A stretch of 64,000 bases of DNA from Hyphomonadaceae bacterium UKL13-1 (GCA_001602435.1 CP012156.1:2609898-2673897), one strand, 5' to 3'; shown: positions 16,490 to 26,899, numbered from the stretch's first letter. Program-made: numbers and translations. Notes: generated from the letters alone by a model not told the origin.

Positions 16490-18163
16490 CTACAGATCGT
16501 GAATCGAGCGATCCTTCGTCTCCGGCAGGAAGATCAAGGCCACCACGACGCTAATGGCCGTGATAATCACTGGATACCAAAGCCCCGAATACATATTCCC
16601 CGTCGTCGCGACGATGGCGACAGCTGTTGCTGGCATAAAGCCCCCAAAGAAGCCGGTGCCAATATGATAAGGTACCGACAAAGCCGTATAGCGGATGCGG
16701 GTTGGGAACATCTCCACCAAGGCCGCTGCCAAGGGTCCATAGAGCGCTGTTGCAGCGACCACAAACACCATCAAATAGGCCAAAACGGCCAGATGATCGA
16801 TCTTAGCTGGGTCTGCCTTATCTGGATAATTTGCGGCCTTCAAAGCCGTCTTCAGCTTAGCTCCAAAGGCGTCCTTGGCAGCCTTTTGCGCTTTGGCGTC
16901 GAGGGCGGAAATATCCACGCTATCGAGAATAACAGTGCCGATTTTGACTTGCGCCACGGCACCCGCAGGGGCCACTTCATTGTCATAGGAGATGCCTGAA
17001 TTGGTCAGATAGCTCTTGGCCACATCACAGCTGGACGAGAAGGCATCGCGTCCGTCTGGCGTTTTGCCGACAGGGTTGAATTGCACCGAACAGGTTGCAG
17101 GGTCTGCCCGAACAATAATCGGCGTTGCGGTTTGGGCGGCAACAAGATCAGGGTTGGCCGCTTTGGCCAATTGATGGAAAGCTGGGAAGAAGCTCACCAC
17201 CGCCAAGATCATGCCGACCAGCATGACGGGCTTGCGGCCCATTTTGTCTGAAAGCCAGCCGAAGAAGACATACAGTACGGCCGAGAAAGTGGTGATAATC
17301 AATAGCCAGATATTGATGGTCTGGGGGTCGACCTTCAACTGGCGCTCCAAGAAGACTTGGACATAGAAGAAGCCCGTATACCAAACCACGCCTTGCGCCA
17401 TCATCAGACCAAACAAGGCCAGCAGGATCAGCTTCAGATTGCCCCATTGACCAAAGGCATCCGACAAGGGGGCCTTCGAGGCCGCGCCTTCTTCCTTGAG
17501 TTGCTTGAACATTGGGCTTTCTTCCAATTGCAAGCGGATCCACAAAGCAATCGCCAGCAGGAAAACCGACAGCAAGAAGGGCAAACGCCAACCCCAGGAT
17601 TGGAAGGCTTCTTCACCTAAAATGACGCGGGTCAAAAAGACCACCATCAACGCCAGAAGCAACCCACCGGCAGCCGACGTCTGTACCCAAGAGGTATTCC
17701 AACCGCGCTTATTGGCGGGCGAATGTTCGGCCACATAGATCACCGCGCCACCATATTCGCCGCCCAAGGCAAAGCCCTGCGCAATCCGTAAGGCAACCAA
17801 TAGGATCGGTGCCCAAATGCCGATCTGGTCATAATCTGGCAGAAGCCCGACGGCGAAGGTTGAAGCGCCCATCATCACAATCGTGACCAAGAAGGCACCC
17901 TTCCGGCCCTTGGTGTCGCCAATCGCGCCAAAGACAACCGCCCCGAGGGGCCGCGCGGCAAAGCCGACGCCAAACGTCAAAAGCGCGAAGATAAACTGCG
18001 CAGCCGGGGGCGAACCCGCAAAGAAGTGCTGGCCCATCACCGAGGCCAGAAGGCCAAAGATGAAGAAGTCGTACCACTCAAAGACAGTCCCGGCCGCAGA
18101 AGCGGCGACAACAGTCTTTAGTTTTTGCGGTTCAACAGGCGACGAAGCAGCAGGTTGTGTCAC
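16490..18163 (-). CDS. MFS transporter (metabolite:H+ symporter type) with a ~125-aa extra loop domain
   Basis: 12 predicted TM segments, loop 2-3 signature GAIGDTKGRKG, and a large soluble insertion between TM9 and TM10. Confidence 0.8.
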   Translation of the reverse strand: MTQPAASSPVEPQKLKTVVAASAAGTVFEWYDFFIFGLLASVMGQHFFAGSPPAAQFIFALLTFGVGFAARPLGAVVFGAIGDTKGRKGAFLVTIVMMGASTFAVGLLPDYDQIGIWAPILLVALRIAQGFALGGEYGGAVIYVAEHSPANKRGWNTSWVQTSAAGGLLLALMVVFLTRVILGEEAFQSWGWRLPFLLSVFLLAIALWIRLQLEESPMFKQLKEEGAASKAPLSDAFGQWGNLKLILLALFGLMMAQGVVWYTGFFYVQVFLERQLKVDPQTINIWLLIITTFSAVLYVFFGWLSDKMGRKPVMLVGMILAVVSFFPAFHQLAKAANPDLVAAQTATPIIVRADPATCSVQFNPVGKTPDGRDAFSSSCDVAKSYLTNSGISYDNEVAPAGAVAQVKIGTVILDSVDISALDAKAQKAAKDAFGAKLKTALKAANYPDKADPAKIDHLAVLAYLMVFVVAATALYGPLAAALVEMFPTRIRYTALSVPYHIGTGFFGGFMPATAVAIVATTGNMYSGLWYPVIITAISVVVALIFLPETKDRSIHDL

Positions 18164-18255
18164 GATTAGCCCCTAAATCATGGTTTAGCGGACTATCCTT
18201 GGACGTAGTTCAAGCTGCGATCAAGTAACAAGCCTGTGGTGGTTACAGGCGGACC

Positions 18256-18948
18256 TTAGTCTGGGGCCCGGCCTAAGCGGCGTGCCTCTTGGATCCGCCC
18301 ACGCACAAGCCAATTATCGACGTCCTTGGGCGCGAGGCGCAGGGCCTGGGCGATGTCGAGTTCTGCTGCTTCATAGGATTTTTGCTGCAACAGGGTTTCG
18401 GCCCGCAAGCGCAGCGCCAGCACATCTAATGGGCGGGTCGACAGGCACGATGTCAGATCGGCTTGCGCCTCAGCCCATTTACCTTGGCCTGCCTTGGCAC
18501 GAGCCCGGTCGAGCAAAAGGTCCGGCTCGCCGGGCTTTAACTTCAAAGCGGCATCCAGCACTTTTTGTGCGGCGGCAAAATCTTCAATCATCAGCCACGC
18601 ATTGGCGGCACGTGCCATGATCAAGACGCGTTGATCGATGTCGCCCGCGTCGGGGGCAGAGGCCAAAGCTGTTAAGCGCTCTGCGCCGCCGCCAATATCC
18701 CCGCCCTCAATGCGGGCGATCGCGATACATTGCTCGGCATAGTTGCCACCGCTCTGGCTGCGCCAGACAAAACCGTCTTCGAGTGCTTCCTCAGGCTTGG
18801 TCTCTGCCTTGGTCATACAGGCCTGAAGCCGCGCTTCGTCGCGCGGATCGGGGGCAGCCTGCGCCTGCGTGCCAAGCGCTAAGGCCAATAGCGCAATTTG
18901 GATCAGGGTCGTAAACTGGGTGGAGCGATGGGTCACAGAACGGGTCAT
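18256..18948 (-). CDS. Secreted TPR-repeat protein
   Basis: Signal peptide (LIQIALLALALGTQAQA) followed by TPR-like helical repeats. Confidence 0.6.
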   Translation of the reverse strand: MTRSVTHRSTQFTTLIQIALLALALGTQAQAAPDPRDEARLQACMTKAETKPEEALEDGFVWRSQSGGNYAEQCIAIARIEGGDIGGGAERLTALASAPDAGDIDQRVLIMARAANAWLMIEDFAAAQKVLDAALKLKPGEPDLLLDRARAKAGQGKWAEAQADLTSCLSTRPLDVLALRLRAETLLQQKSYEAAELDIAQALRLAPKDVDNWLVRGRIQEARRLGRAPD

Positions 18949-19001
18949 GCTGATCTTCTTATGCGGCTAAACGGCAAAACTGAGGCAAAGGGTTGGAACA
19001 G

Positions 19002-19865
19002 ATGCGCGTTTTAGTTTTGGGCTGTGGTTATGTCGGCAAAGCTTTCGCCCAAACCTTGGCCGAACAAGGGGCCCTTGTGCAAGGCACGTGTCGAAGTGCG
19101 GCTAGCGCGGAAGAGCTGCGCCAAGCGGGCATCACACCCATCCTGTTTGACGGGACGATAAGTGCGGAACTGGCCGAGGCAGCCCAGCAAGCCACCCACG
19201 TGCTTGCCTCCATCCCGCCCGGCCCGGAGGGGGACCCTGCCCTTCTGGCCTTGTCGCCTGTTTGGACTCCCAAAGTGGGGACTTGGATCGCCTATCTCTC
19301 GACCACCGGGGTTTATGGTGATCGGGCGGGTGGTTGGGCGTTTGAAGATGATGTACCAACGCCCTTATCCATCGAGGCTAAGCGGCGGGCCGAGGCCGAA
19401 GCCGGGTGGCGCGGCATAACAAGCCCAGCCCACGTGTTTCGCCTGCCCGGCATTTATGGCCCCGGCCGCAGTGCGTTAGAGCAAGTCTTATCCGGCACGG
19501 CACGACGGATCGATAAGCCCGGCCAAGTATTTTCGCGCGCCCACCGCACCGACATTGTAGCCGCCCTGACCGCCAGCCTCGCCAATCCCAATCCCGGGCG
19601 CATTTATAATATCTGCGATGACCACCCTTGCGCCTCGGGCGAGGTGATTGTGGAAGCCTGCAAGTTGCTCGGGCGGGAGCCACCGCCCTTGATCCCGTTT
19701 GAGGCGGCAGGCCTGTCTGAAATGGGCAAGCGCTTTTATAGCGAGTGCAAGCGGGTTTCGAATGTGCGGGCCAAGGAAGAATTGGGCTGGAAATTGGCTT
19801 TTCCAACGTTTGTTGAAGGCCTTGCCGATTGCTATGAGGACTTGCAGACCCGCCAGCCGAGCTGA
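19002..19865 (+). CDS. NAD(P)-binding Rossmann-fold (SDR/epimerase-like) protein
   Basis: N-terminal MRVLVLGCGYVGKAF dinucleotide fold, ~287 aa. Confidence 0.65.
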   Translation: MRVLVLGCGYVGKAFAQTLAEQGALVQGTCRSAASAEELRQAGITPILFDGTISAELAEAAQQATHVLASIPPGPEGDPALLALSPVWTPKVGTWIAYLSTTGVYGDRAGGWAFEDDVPTPLSIEAKRRAEAEAGWRGITSPAHVFRLPGIYGPGRSALEQVLSGTARRIDKPGQVFSRAHRTDIVAALTASLANPNPGRIYNICDDHPCASGEVIVEACKLLGREPPPLIPFEAAGLSEMGKRFYSECKRVSNVRAKEELGWKLAFPTFVEGLADCYEDLQTRQPS

Positions 19866-20612
19866 CTAGGTTCGCATCTGCCGTTCAATCAGACTGAGCA
19901 CGGCATGCAAGGCCAGCCCCATCAAGGCCAGCAGAAAGAGAGCTGCAAACATGGTTGCGGTCTCAAGCCGATTACCCGCCTCCACCAAACGCCATGACAA
20001 GCCGCCCGTGGCCCCGGTTCCGGCTACAAACTCTGCCACCACGACACCGACCAGCGACAAGCCTGCCGCCGTCTTGATTCCGGCCAGCAGAAAGGGCGCA
20101 GCCGTTGGTAATTCCAAGCGCAGGAAGCGCTGCGTACTGCTGGCTTTATGCAGGCGAAACAAACGGTCCAGACCGGGGTCGACCGCCTTCAGGCCCGCCA
20201 AGGCAGAGGTTAGGACAGGAAAGACTGCCACAATAACGGCCAGGATCAGAATCGCCCGACGCGGGTTTTCAATGCCCGTCCAAATGATCACCAAGGGTGC
20301 GATGGCCACAATAGGGGTGGCCTGCAGGACCAAGGCATAAGGCCCCAGACTGCGCTCCAGCAGGGGTATACGAGCAAAAATCAAAGCGACCAAAGTTCCA
20401 AGCCCGATGGAGATGGCTAAAGCTGTCAGCGCCAATCCCATGGTGACGCCAGCTGCCGGCAACAGCAGGGGTCCGCGCTCAACCAACGCCGCACCAATCG
20501 CGCTAGGTGGCGGCAAAATCACACTTGGGACTTGTAAGAAACGGGTCAGGCCTTCCCACAGGGCGAGCATCAACAAGCCTGCTAGGATGGGGGCGAAGTC
20601 TATGCTTTTCAT
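19866..20612 (-). CDS. ABC transporter permease (NitT/TauT-type)
   Basis: Six hydrophobic segments; overlaps the ATPase gene by 4 nt. Confidence 0.75.
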   Translation of the reverse strand: MKSIDFAPILAGLLMLALWEGLTRFLQVPSVILPPPSAIGAALVERGPLLLPAAGVTMGLALTALAISIGLGTLVALIFARIPLLERSLGPYALVLQATPIVAIAPLVIIWTGIENPRRAILILAVIVAVFPVLTSALAGLKAVDPGLDRLFRLHKASSTQRFLRLELPTAAPFLLAGIKTAAGLSLVGVVVAEFVAGTGATGGLSWRLVEAGNRLETATMFAALFLLALMGLALHAVLSLIERQMRT

Positions 20613-21367
20613 GCCGCCACCAATTGTGCGCTCAGTACGCGCCTTGCGGCTGCAGCGGCATCTGCAAAGGCGGGTGAGGTTAAAAAGGCTGGATCGCGCG
20701 GCACATTGGGGACCGCAATTTCCGCCATGATGCGTCCAGGTCGAGGGCTTAGAACCAAAATTCGATCGGCCAGATAGACCGCCTCATCGACTGAGTGCGT
20801 GACAAACAAGACAGCCAAATGGTGATCGCGCTTGGCCTCTAGAACCAAGTCATCCAGCGCGCGCCGCCCCAATTCATCAATGGCCGCAAAGGGTTCGTCG
20901 AGCAAAAGGGAAGATGGGTCATTGACCAAAGCACGAGCCAAAGCCACCCGCATCCGCATGCCGCCCGAGAGCGTCCTTGGATAGGCGCTCGAAAAATTCG
21001 CCAAGCCCACACGCTTTAGAGCTGTCTGCGCGCGACTGAGCCGCGCATCCTTTTCCACACCAGAGAGCGCCAGCGGCAAGGCAACATTATCTTCCGCCGT
21101 CGCCCAATTCATCAAATTAGGCTCTTGAAACACCACCCCGGGAATAGCTGATCCACCCGTCGCATCAGCTTGCACCTTGCCGCTCGCCACGGCTTGTAGG
21201 CCGGCGAGGGCAGCCAAGAGCGTGCTCTTGCCGCAGCCTGAGGGCCCTAACAGCACCACGCATTCGCCAGCCCGCACGCTCAGATCGATCGGACCCAGCG
21301 CGTCCAAACGACCAAAGCGCACACAGGCCTGCTGCGCGCTCAAACGAATGGGGGACTCACTCTGCAT
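20609..21367 (-). CDS. ABC transporter ATP-binding protein
   Basis: Walker A GPSGCGKST, signature LSGGMRMR, Walker B LLLDEPF. The ATG overlaps the stop codon of the upstream binding-protein gene (TGATG). Confidence 0.85.
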   Translation of the reverse strand: MQSESPIRLSAQQACVRFGRLDALGPIDLSVRAGECVVLLGPSGCGKSTLLAALAGLQAVASGKVQADATGGSAIPGVVFQEPNLMNWATAEDNVALPLALSGVEKDARLSRAQTALKRVGLANFSSAYPRTLSGGMRMRVALARALVNDPSSLLLDEPFAAIDELGRRALDDLVLEAKRDHHLAVLFVTHSVDEAVYLADRILVLSPRPGRIMAEIAVPNVPRDPAFLTSPAFADAAAAARRVLSAQLVAA

Positions 21368-22362
21368 CAAGATTTCTGAGGCAGAAAGCTGAGGTCGACG
21401 CCCGACGCCCAATTGAGGTCCGCTGGATAAACGCCTGCGCCCGTCATGATGTCGAAGAAGCTCTTCCAGCGGTCGAGGCTCATGGTGCCAATCTCGCCAG
21501 TTGGGGTCTCCACAATACCATAGGACAAGAGTTTCTCGCGGGCCTGAGCCAACAAATCGGCCGTCATGTCGGGATTGTCTTTGGTGATGAGCGCATCGCC
21601 GGGGGCAGGATCACCGCGCAAATAGTCTTTCCAGCCCGCAATAGTGGCTTCGACAAAGCCTTTCACCGCCTCAGGATGGGCGGCGATGAAGGCATCCGAT
21701 ACCAAGGTCATGGCAGCATAGCCGGGATAGCCCGAATCGGCGAGCAGATAGACTTGCGGGTCGATCTTGCCTTGGGTCTTCAAGGTATATGGCTCGCTCG
21801 TCACATAGCCTTGTTGGATCGAGGTGGGATCGGCCAAGAAGGGTGCGGAGTTAAACGTGTATTTGCGCACCTGATCATCGGTGAAGCCATATTTGGCTTT
21901 CAGCCACGGCCAGAACGCATTGATCGACGCATCGGCCAGCATGATGGGCTTACCCTTCATGTCTGCCAGCGACTTAATGTCGTTGCGCGGGTGGGTGATC
22001 AGAACTTGCGGGTCCTTTTGGAACGACGCCATCACCGCTTTGGCTTTGGCACCGGCTTGCACCATGCTGAGTACGATTGGCGCATTGGAGCCCAAGCCCA
22101 TTTCAATGGCATTTGCGGCCAGCAATTGCGGTACGTTCACGCTGGGACCGCCTTGGATCAAGGTCACATCCAAGCCTTTGTCCGCATAAAAGCCCCTTGC
22201 CACCGCCTGATAAAAGCCGCCCTGCTCGGCTTGCGCCCGCCAATCCGTGGCAAAGCGAATACGCACGCGGCCGCCCGCCTCCTTGGGCTTTTCTGGGCTG
22301 CAGGCTGATAGGGCGAAGGGTGAAGCCAAGCTGGCAGCAAGAAGGGTGCGACGCGAAATCAA
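21367..22362 (-). CDS. ABC transporter periplasmic substrate-binding lipoprotein (NMT1/THI5-like)
   Basis: Lipobox LSAC. NMT1-like pattern (RIRFATDW...QGGFYQA...GLDVTL). Confidence 0.7.
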   Translation of the reverse strand: MISRRTLLAASLASPFALSACSPEKPKEAGGRVRIRFATDWRAQAEQGGFYQAVARGFYADKGLDVTLIQGGPSVNVPQLLAANAIEMGLGSNAPIVLSMVQAGAKAKAVMASFQKDPQVLITHPRNDIKSLADMKGKPIMLADASINAFWPWLKAKYGFTDDQVRKYTFNSAPFLADPTSIQQGYVTSEPYTLKTQGKIDPQVYLLADSGYPGYAAMTLVSDAFIAAHPEAVKGFVEATIAGWKDYLRGDPAPGDALITKDNPDMTADLLAQAREKLLSYGIVETPTGEIGTMSLDRWKSFFDIMTGAGVYPADLNWASGVDLSFLPQKS

Positions 22363-22451
22363 GCCAAGTCTCCTATGACGATCTCTCTATCATAGTGCAG
22401 CGAGGCGATCTGGCGAGACCTTTTGCGGGAGCAAATGAGGATTACACTGCC

Positions 22452-23132
22452 TTAAAAGGCGCAGTCGTCCCCGCCGACGATAACTTTGACCGTTTTGACA
22501 AGAATGCGGGCTTCCATCGCCAGCGACCAACGCTCAATATAGGCGAGGTCCAGACGGATGCGGCGGCTCATTTTGTCGAGAGTCTCCGTGGGTCCGCGCG
22601 CGCCATTGCATTGGGCAAGGCCTGTGATGCCGGGTTTCGCGCGAAACCGATCGCGATACTCTGGCAGAAGTGCGCCGTAATAATGATCATGCGCCACTGC
22701 ATGCGGACGTGGCCCAACTACAGACATGTCCCCAATCAAGACATTCCACAATTGAGGCAATTCATCCAAGCTTGAGCGACGCAAGAAAGAGCCAACGCGG
22801 GTGATACGGCTGTCGTGGCGGCAGGCCTGCACAATACGATCACCATTTTCCAGCGTCGTCATGGTGCGGAACTTATAGATCGTGAACGTCTTGCCACCGA
22901 GACCAGTGCGAAGTTGCGCAAACAAAACCGGACCGGGACTTGTTGCCTTGATCAGAATAGCAATTGTGATCAAAAGAGGCGCTAGAAAAATCAAACCGAC
23001 GAGGGAGCAGATCACATCAAACAGTCGTTTAAACGCACTGTTTGCTGAATTTGAAAGTTCTTTGGCCGGTACTGGTCTGTACAAACTGATCTGTGCAAGA
23101 TCGGCATTAAGCCTTGCAGAAATATTGTTCAT
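22452..23132 (-). CDS. Polyprenyl-phosphate sugar phosphotransferase (ExoY/WbaP C-terminal-domain type)
   Basis: One N-terminal TM, then the bacterial sugar transferase motifs KFRTM ... DELPQLWNVLIGDMSVVGPRP. Confidence 0.8.
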   Translation of the reverse strand: MNNISARLNADLAQISLYRPVPAKELSNSANSAFKRLFDVICSLVGLIFLAPLLITIAILIKATSPGPVLFAQLRTGLGGKTFTIYKFRTMTTLENGDRIVQACRHDSRITRVGSFLRRSSLDELPQLWNVLIGDMSVVGPRPHAVAHDHYYGALLPEYRDRFRAKPGITGLAQCNGARGPTETLDKMSRRIRLDLAYIERWSLAMEARILVKTVKVIVGGDDCAF

Positions 23133-23449
23133 CTATTGTACCCTTGCCCCAAATTGAGACGCTTGGGGTTTCCCAATGCAAATCGCAGGCCCTAAAATAT
23201 AATTCATGTGTCCGTGCAGCATGGCATAGCTTTCGAAGGGCACAAGTCTTGTCCACTTGTGTAGAAACGGATGGTGCCCTCGCCGAAACGCCGCTTGAAA
23301 GCGATCTTGCGGCGGGTCAATAAGTTAACGATACCTTTCTGTCCACCATAGAAGTCTTTTTAGGTGCGTTACCCGAGACTACACACACGTTTCTGGCTAT
23401 AAACGGCCGAAACCCTACCCTGAACGCAAGAAGCAAGGCGAACTGAGAC

Positions 23450-24514
23450 ATGCAAAGTGATTCGACAGCCAAGGTTCCAGTGACCGTGCTGACTGGTTAT
23501 CTGGGAGCCGGCAAGACGACTCTCCTGAACCATATTCTAACCGCACCGCACGGAAAGCGGTACGCGGTGATCGTCAATGAGTTTGGTGAGATTGGCATCG
23601 ATCATGACTTGATCGTCGATGTGGACGAAGAAATCTTTGAGCTGAATAATGGCTGTGTCTGTTGTTCGGTGCGAGGTGACCTCATCCGAATTCTCGGTGC
23701 CTTATTCCGCCGTGGGCAGACCTTTGACGGGGTCATTATTGAGACAACGGGGCTCGCAGACCCCGCGCCCGTGGCCCAAACCTTCTTTGCGGATGACGAA
23801 ATCAAGAACCGCGCCTATTTGGATGCGGTGGTCAGCGTTGTCGACGCTGTCCATATCGCGGGCCAGATTGAACAAAGCCAAGAGGCGGTTGAGCAAATTG
23901 CTTTCGCGGATGTCATCGTGCTGAACAAGATGGATGCGGCCACGCCAGAGCAACTCGCTTCTGCCCAAGCGATCATCCAACGCCTCAATCGTGGGGCAAA
24001 AGTGGTGACGACGTCGCGATCCAATGTGGATTTGGACGCGATCCTCGATCTTGGCGCATTCTCACTCGACCGTGCCATGAGCCTCGACCCGCATTTCCTG
24101 CCCAAAGATCACCATCACGAACATTCTGATCGCGGGCATGACCATGCGCATGATCATGGGCATGACCATCATCACCACGAGCACGAGCACGAGCACAGCC
24201 ATTATGAAGGGATCGACTCGATCGCAATGCGCGTGAGCGCACCCTTGTCTGAGGAATTATTTGATGCCTGGTTGTCCGACCTCGTCGGCACGCGCGGCCT
24301 CGATATCTTGCGCCTCAAGGGTGTGCTTCAAATGGGCGACGACCCGAGACGCTATATAATTCATGGCGTCCATATGATGTTGGAGGGCGATTATCAGGGG
24401 CCTTGGGCCGCTGATTCGGCTCCAGAAAGCCGATTCGTCTTGATCGGACGGAACCTTGCTGACCCCATTGTACGAGCAGAAATTGAAGCAGGATTCCGCG
24501 CCTGCGCGGCTTGA
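23450..24514 (+). CDS. CobW/G3E-family GTPase metallochaperone (ZigA/YjiA-like)
   Basis: P-loop GYLGAGKTT, CxCC (GCVCCSV), a His-rich stretch ([29 protein letters not shown]), and a CobW C-terminal domain. Confidence 0.85.
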   Translation: MQSDSTAKVPVTVLTGYLGAGKTTLLNHILTAPHGKRYAVIVNEFGEIGIDHDLIVDVDEEIFELNNGCVCCSVRGDLIRILGALFRRGQTFDGVIIETTGLADPAPVAQTFFADDEIKNRAYLDAVVSVVDAVHIAGQIEQSQEAVEQIAFADVIVLNKMDAATPEQLASAQAIIQRLNRGAKVVTTSRSNVDLDAILDLGAFSLDRAMSLDPHFLPKDHHHEHSDRGHDHAHDHGHDHHHHEHEHEHSHYEGIDSIAMRVSAPLSEELFDAWLSDLVGTRGLDILRLKGVLQMGDDPRRYIIHGVHMMLEGDYQGPWAADSAPESRFVLIGRNLADPIVRAEIEAGFRACAA

Positions 24515-24703
24515 TCACCGATAATTGTCAGCGAAACCCCATGATTCTCAGCAGAATCTGGGGTTTGGTACCTCAAGATGGCCTTGACCTTTGGACCCGA
24601 AGCGCCATTGCTTGCTGCCATTGCATCCCTCTGGTTACAGATGGATGCGCAACGCCGCCGCTATCCGCCCTGGGTGCGGCGGCCAATGACTAAGGAAACG
24701 ACA

Positions 24704-24976
24704 ATGAGCAAAAAAGATTTGATCGACGCCGTCGCAGAAGCTGCTGACATCACGAAGGACAAAGCCAACACCGCGATCGACGCGCTGACCGCAGCGATTG
24801 TGAAGAGCCTGAAGGCTGGCGGCGAAGTCACCTTGGCCCCCCTCGGCAAATTTAAAGTTTCGAAGCGTGATGCGCGCCAAGGCCGCAATCCTTCGACCGG
24901 CGAGACTGTCGAAATCAAAGCAGCGACTGTTGCAAAATTCCAAGCTTCCAAAGCGTTGAAAGATGCATTGAACTAA
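24704..24976 (+). CDS. hup: HU-family DNA-binding protein
   Basis: 90 aa: MSKKDLIDAVAE ... GRNPSTGETVEIKA. RBS AAGGAAA lies upstream of the ATG at 24704. Confidence 0.9.
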   Translation: MSKKDLIDAVAEAADITKDKANTAIDALTAAIVKSLKAGGEVTLAPLGKFKVSKRDARQGRNPSTGETVEIKAATVAKFQASKALKDALN

Positions 24977-25044
24977 TCGTCTAGCTTGGGGTTGGGTCGA
25001 TCCATCCGAAGAGATCCGCCCCTAACAGACAAACAGTCCAACTA

Positions 25045-25100
25045 GGCCCGACCTGACTTGAGCTGCCCTAGGCCTCCTGTCAGGTTCGGGCCTTTGTTGT
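25045..25100 (+). terminator. Rho-independent terminator after hup
   Basis: GGCCCGACCTGAC ... GTCAGGTTCGGGCC stem followed by TTTGTTG. Confidence 0.65.
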
Positions 25101-25120
25101 ATCTGGGCGATACAATGCGC

Positions 25121-25672
25121 TTAATCCCCGTCCGCTTTTCTTGGATGGGTCATGTGTTCCATGCCCGGCGGGTTTGAGAATGGCACAAAGGCGGCTTGGC
25201 CTTGGACCTTGGCCCAATCCTTGAGCGCCCAAACGCCGGTTGGAAAAGCCATCTGATCCCAAGGGATATCCTCATAAGCAAACCAGGCGACCTCGAGGCT
25301 TTCAGGTCCCGGCGCAAAACTGTCCTCGCTCAGCGTGCCGCGATACATGAAATGGACTTGGCTGATGCGGGGCACCTCATAAATGCCTAGAAGCGCATTG
25401 ATGGTGACCTTGGCTTGGGCCTCTTCCCAAGCTTCGCGCGCTGCGCCTTCCGCCGTGGTTTCGCGCTCTTCCATAAAGCCCGCCGGCACCGTCCAGAAGC
25501 CATGGCGCGGCTCAATCGCGCGCCGACACAAGAGAATTCGGCCCTGCCCGTCATCAATCACGACACCTGCGACAATCTTCGGGTTCACATAGTTGATGAA
25601 GCCACAGGTATCGCAGACTTGCCGCATGCGATCCTCTCCGGCGGGTATTTGTAACGAAAAATTGGCTGGCAT
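25121..25672 (-). CDS. NUDIX hydrolase
   Basis: Nudix box GFMEERETTAEGAAREAWEEAQ. Alternative start at 25732. Confidence 0.8.
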   Translation of the reverse strand: MPANFSLQIPAGEDRMRQVCDTCGFINYVNPKIVAGVVIDDGQGRILLCRRAIEPRHGFWTVPAGFMEERETTAEGAAREAWEEAQAKVTINALLGIYEVPRISQVHFMYRGTLSEDSFAPGPESLEVAWFAYEDIPWDQMAFPTGVWALKDWAKVQGQAAFVPFSNPPGMEHMTHPRKADGD

Positions 25673-25799
25673 TCGGTGACTTATTCCTTGAAAGGAGCAT
25701 GTATAGTTAGTTAGGTGTCGCGCAGTCGTCAAAAATCAATGATAGGACGCTTACGGAGTGAAATGCACCCGCATTTGGGGCTTGAAGGCGAGTAGCGAG

Positions 25800-26387
25800 A
25801 TGAGTGATCAAGATCAAGAAGCGACGCCGGTGCACGCAGTATCTAGTTCCGGCGAGTCCCCAGAACCGCAAAGCACACCCGCCACCTCTTTCCCACTGAA
25901 TGAGTCTCCCAGCCATCTGCTGCATCGGGCGCAACAAGCCGCTGCCGATCTTCATGCGGCTGCCTTGGGGGCCAATGGGCTGACGCAGCGCCAATTCGCC
26001 GTCCTAGCTGTTTTAGCGGCACAGGACGGTGTCTCTCAAAGTGAATTGGTGGTGCGCACCGGCATTGATCGGTCGACTTTGGCAGAGATGGTTGCGCGCA
26101 TGGAGGCCAAAGGGCTAACCCAGCGGACTAAGTCGGTTACGGACAGCCGGGCGAATTCAGTGACCCTGACGGCCAGCGGTCGCGCCATGTTTGAAGAGGC
26201 TATGCCAAAGCTGGCGGAAGTTGATGCAGCGGTCTTGACGCGCCTGCCTGCCGGCAAACGGGCAGGCTTTGTGGAACTTCTGACCCGCTTGGCCATGCCG
26301 ACAGCTGACATGGATGAGACCAAGGCAGGCGGCAAGAAGAAGAAAGACAAGAAGAAGAAAAAGAAGAAGGAAAAAAAGGCCAAGTAG
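25800..26387 (+). CDS. MarR-family transcriptional regulator with a poly-lysine C-terminal tail
   Basis: MarR wHTH core (LTQRQFAVLAVLAAQDGVSQSELVVRTGIDRSTLAEMVARMEAKGL). Tail is KAGGKKKKDKKKKKKKEKKAK. Alternative start at 25758. Confidence 0.8.
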   Translation: MSDQDQEATPVHAVSSSGESPEPQSTPATSFPLNESPSHLLHRAQQAAADLHAAALGANGLTQRQFAVLAVLAAQDGVSQSELVVRTGIDRSTLAEMVARMEAKGLTQRTKSVTDSRANSVTLTASGRAMFEEAMPKLAEVDAAVLTRLPAGKRAGFVELLTRLAMPTADMDETKAGGKKKKDKKKKKKKEKKAK

Positions 26388-26450
26388 CGGCTGATTTGCA
26401 CCTTCATTTTGGCTATAGACCGGTCAGTCTAGTCTTGATATCAAAGACTT

Positions 26451-26897
26451 ATGTCAGACATCCCTTCAGGGTTTACCCCTCATGCCCGCAAAAGCCCCGT
26501 CACCGATCCATGGCAACCCCTTTATGCCCGAACTGATCAAGGTGTTTATGAATTAGGCTTTATGCTCGATACGTGCCATTGTAATGGGCGCGGTTTGTTG
26601 CATGGGGGTGTGATTGCCGCGCTTGCAGATAATGCGATGGGCCTCTCTCTTGGCATGGCGCGTTTATCGCGTGGCGAGGCCAAGGAAGGAAGACCACAAG
26701 CAGTCTCAGGAATTGTGACGACATCCCTTCATGTCGACTATGTCGACATCGCCCAAATTGGCCAATGGATATCTATTGTGCCCCGCGTGGTCACCGCGTC
26801 ACGACGAACAGGTCTCATCGATGCATTGATTTATGCTGACGACACACTCATTGCTCGGGCAAATGCCACGTTTAAAGTCCTCATTTCAGAAACATAA
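26451..26897 (+). CDS. PaaI-family hotdog-fold thioesterase
   Basis: ~148 aa with a LHGGVIAALADNAMG motif. Confidence 0.7.
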   Translation: MSDIPSGFTPHARKSPVTDPWQPLYARTDQGVYELGFMLDTCHCNGRGLLHGGVIAALADNAMGLSLGMARLSRGEAKEGRPQAVSGIVTTSLHVDYVDIAQIGQWISIVPRVVTASRRTGLIDALIYADDTLIARANATFKVLISET

Positions 26898-26899
26898 CC

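Noticed and set aside
22077-22775. 232-aa plus-strand ORF spanning the binding-protein gene, the intergenic region and the sugar-transferase gene
   Set aside because: It overlaps two well-supported minus-strand genes in antisense. It has shadow-ORF composition and no motifs.
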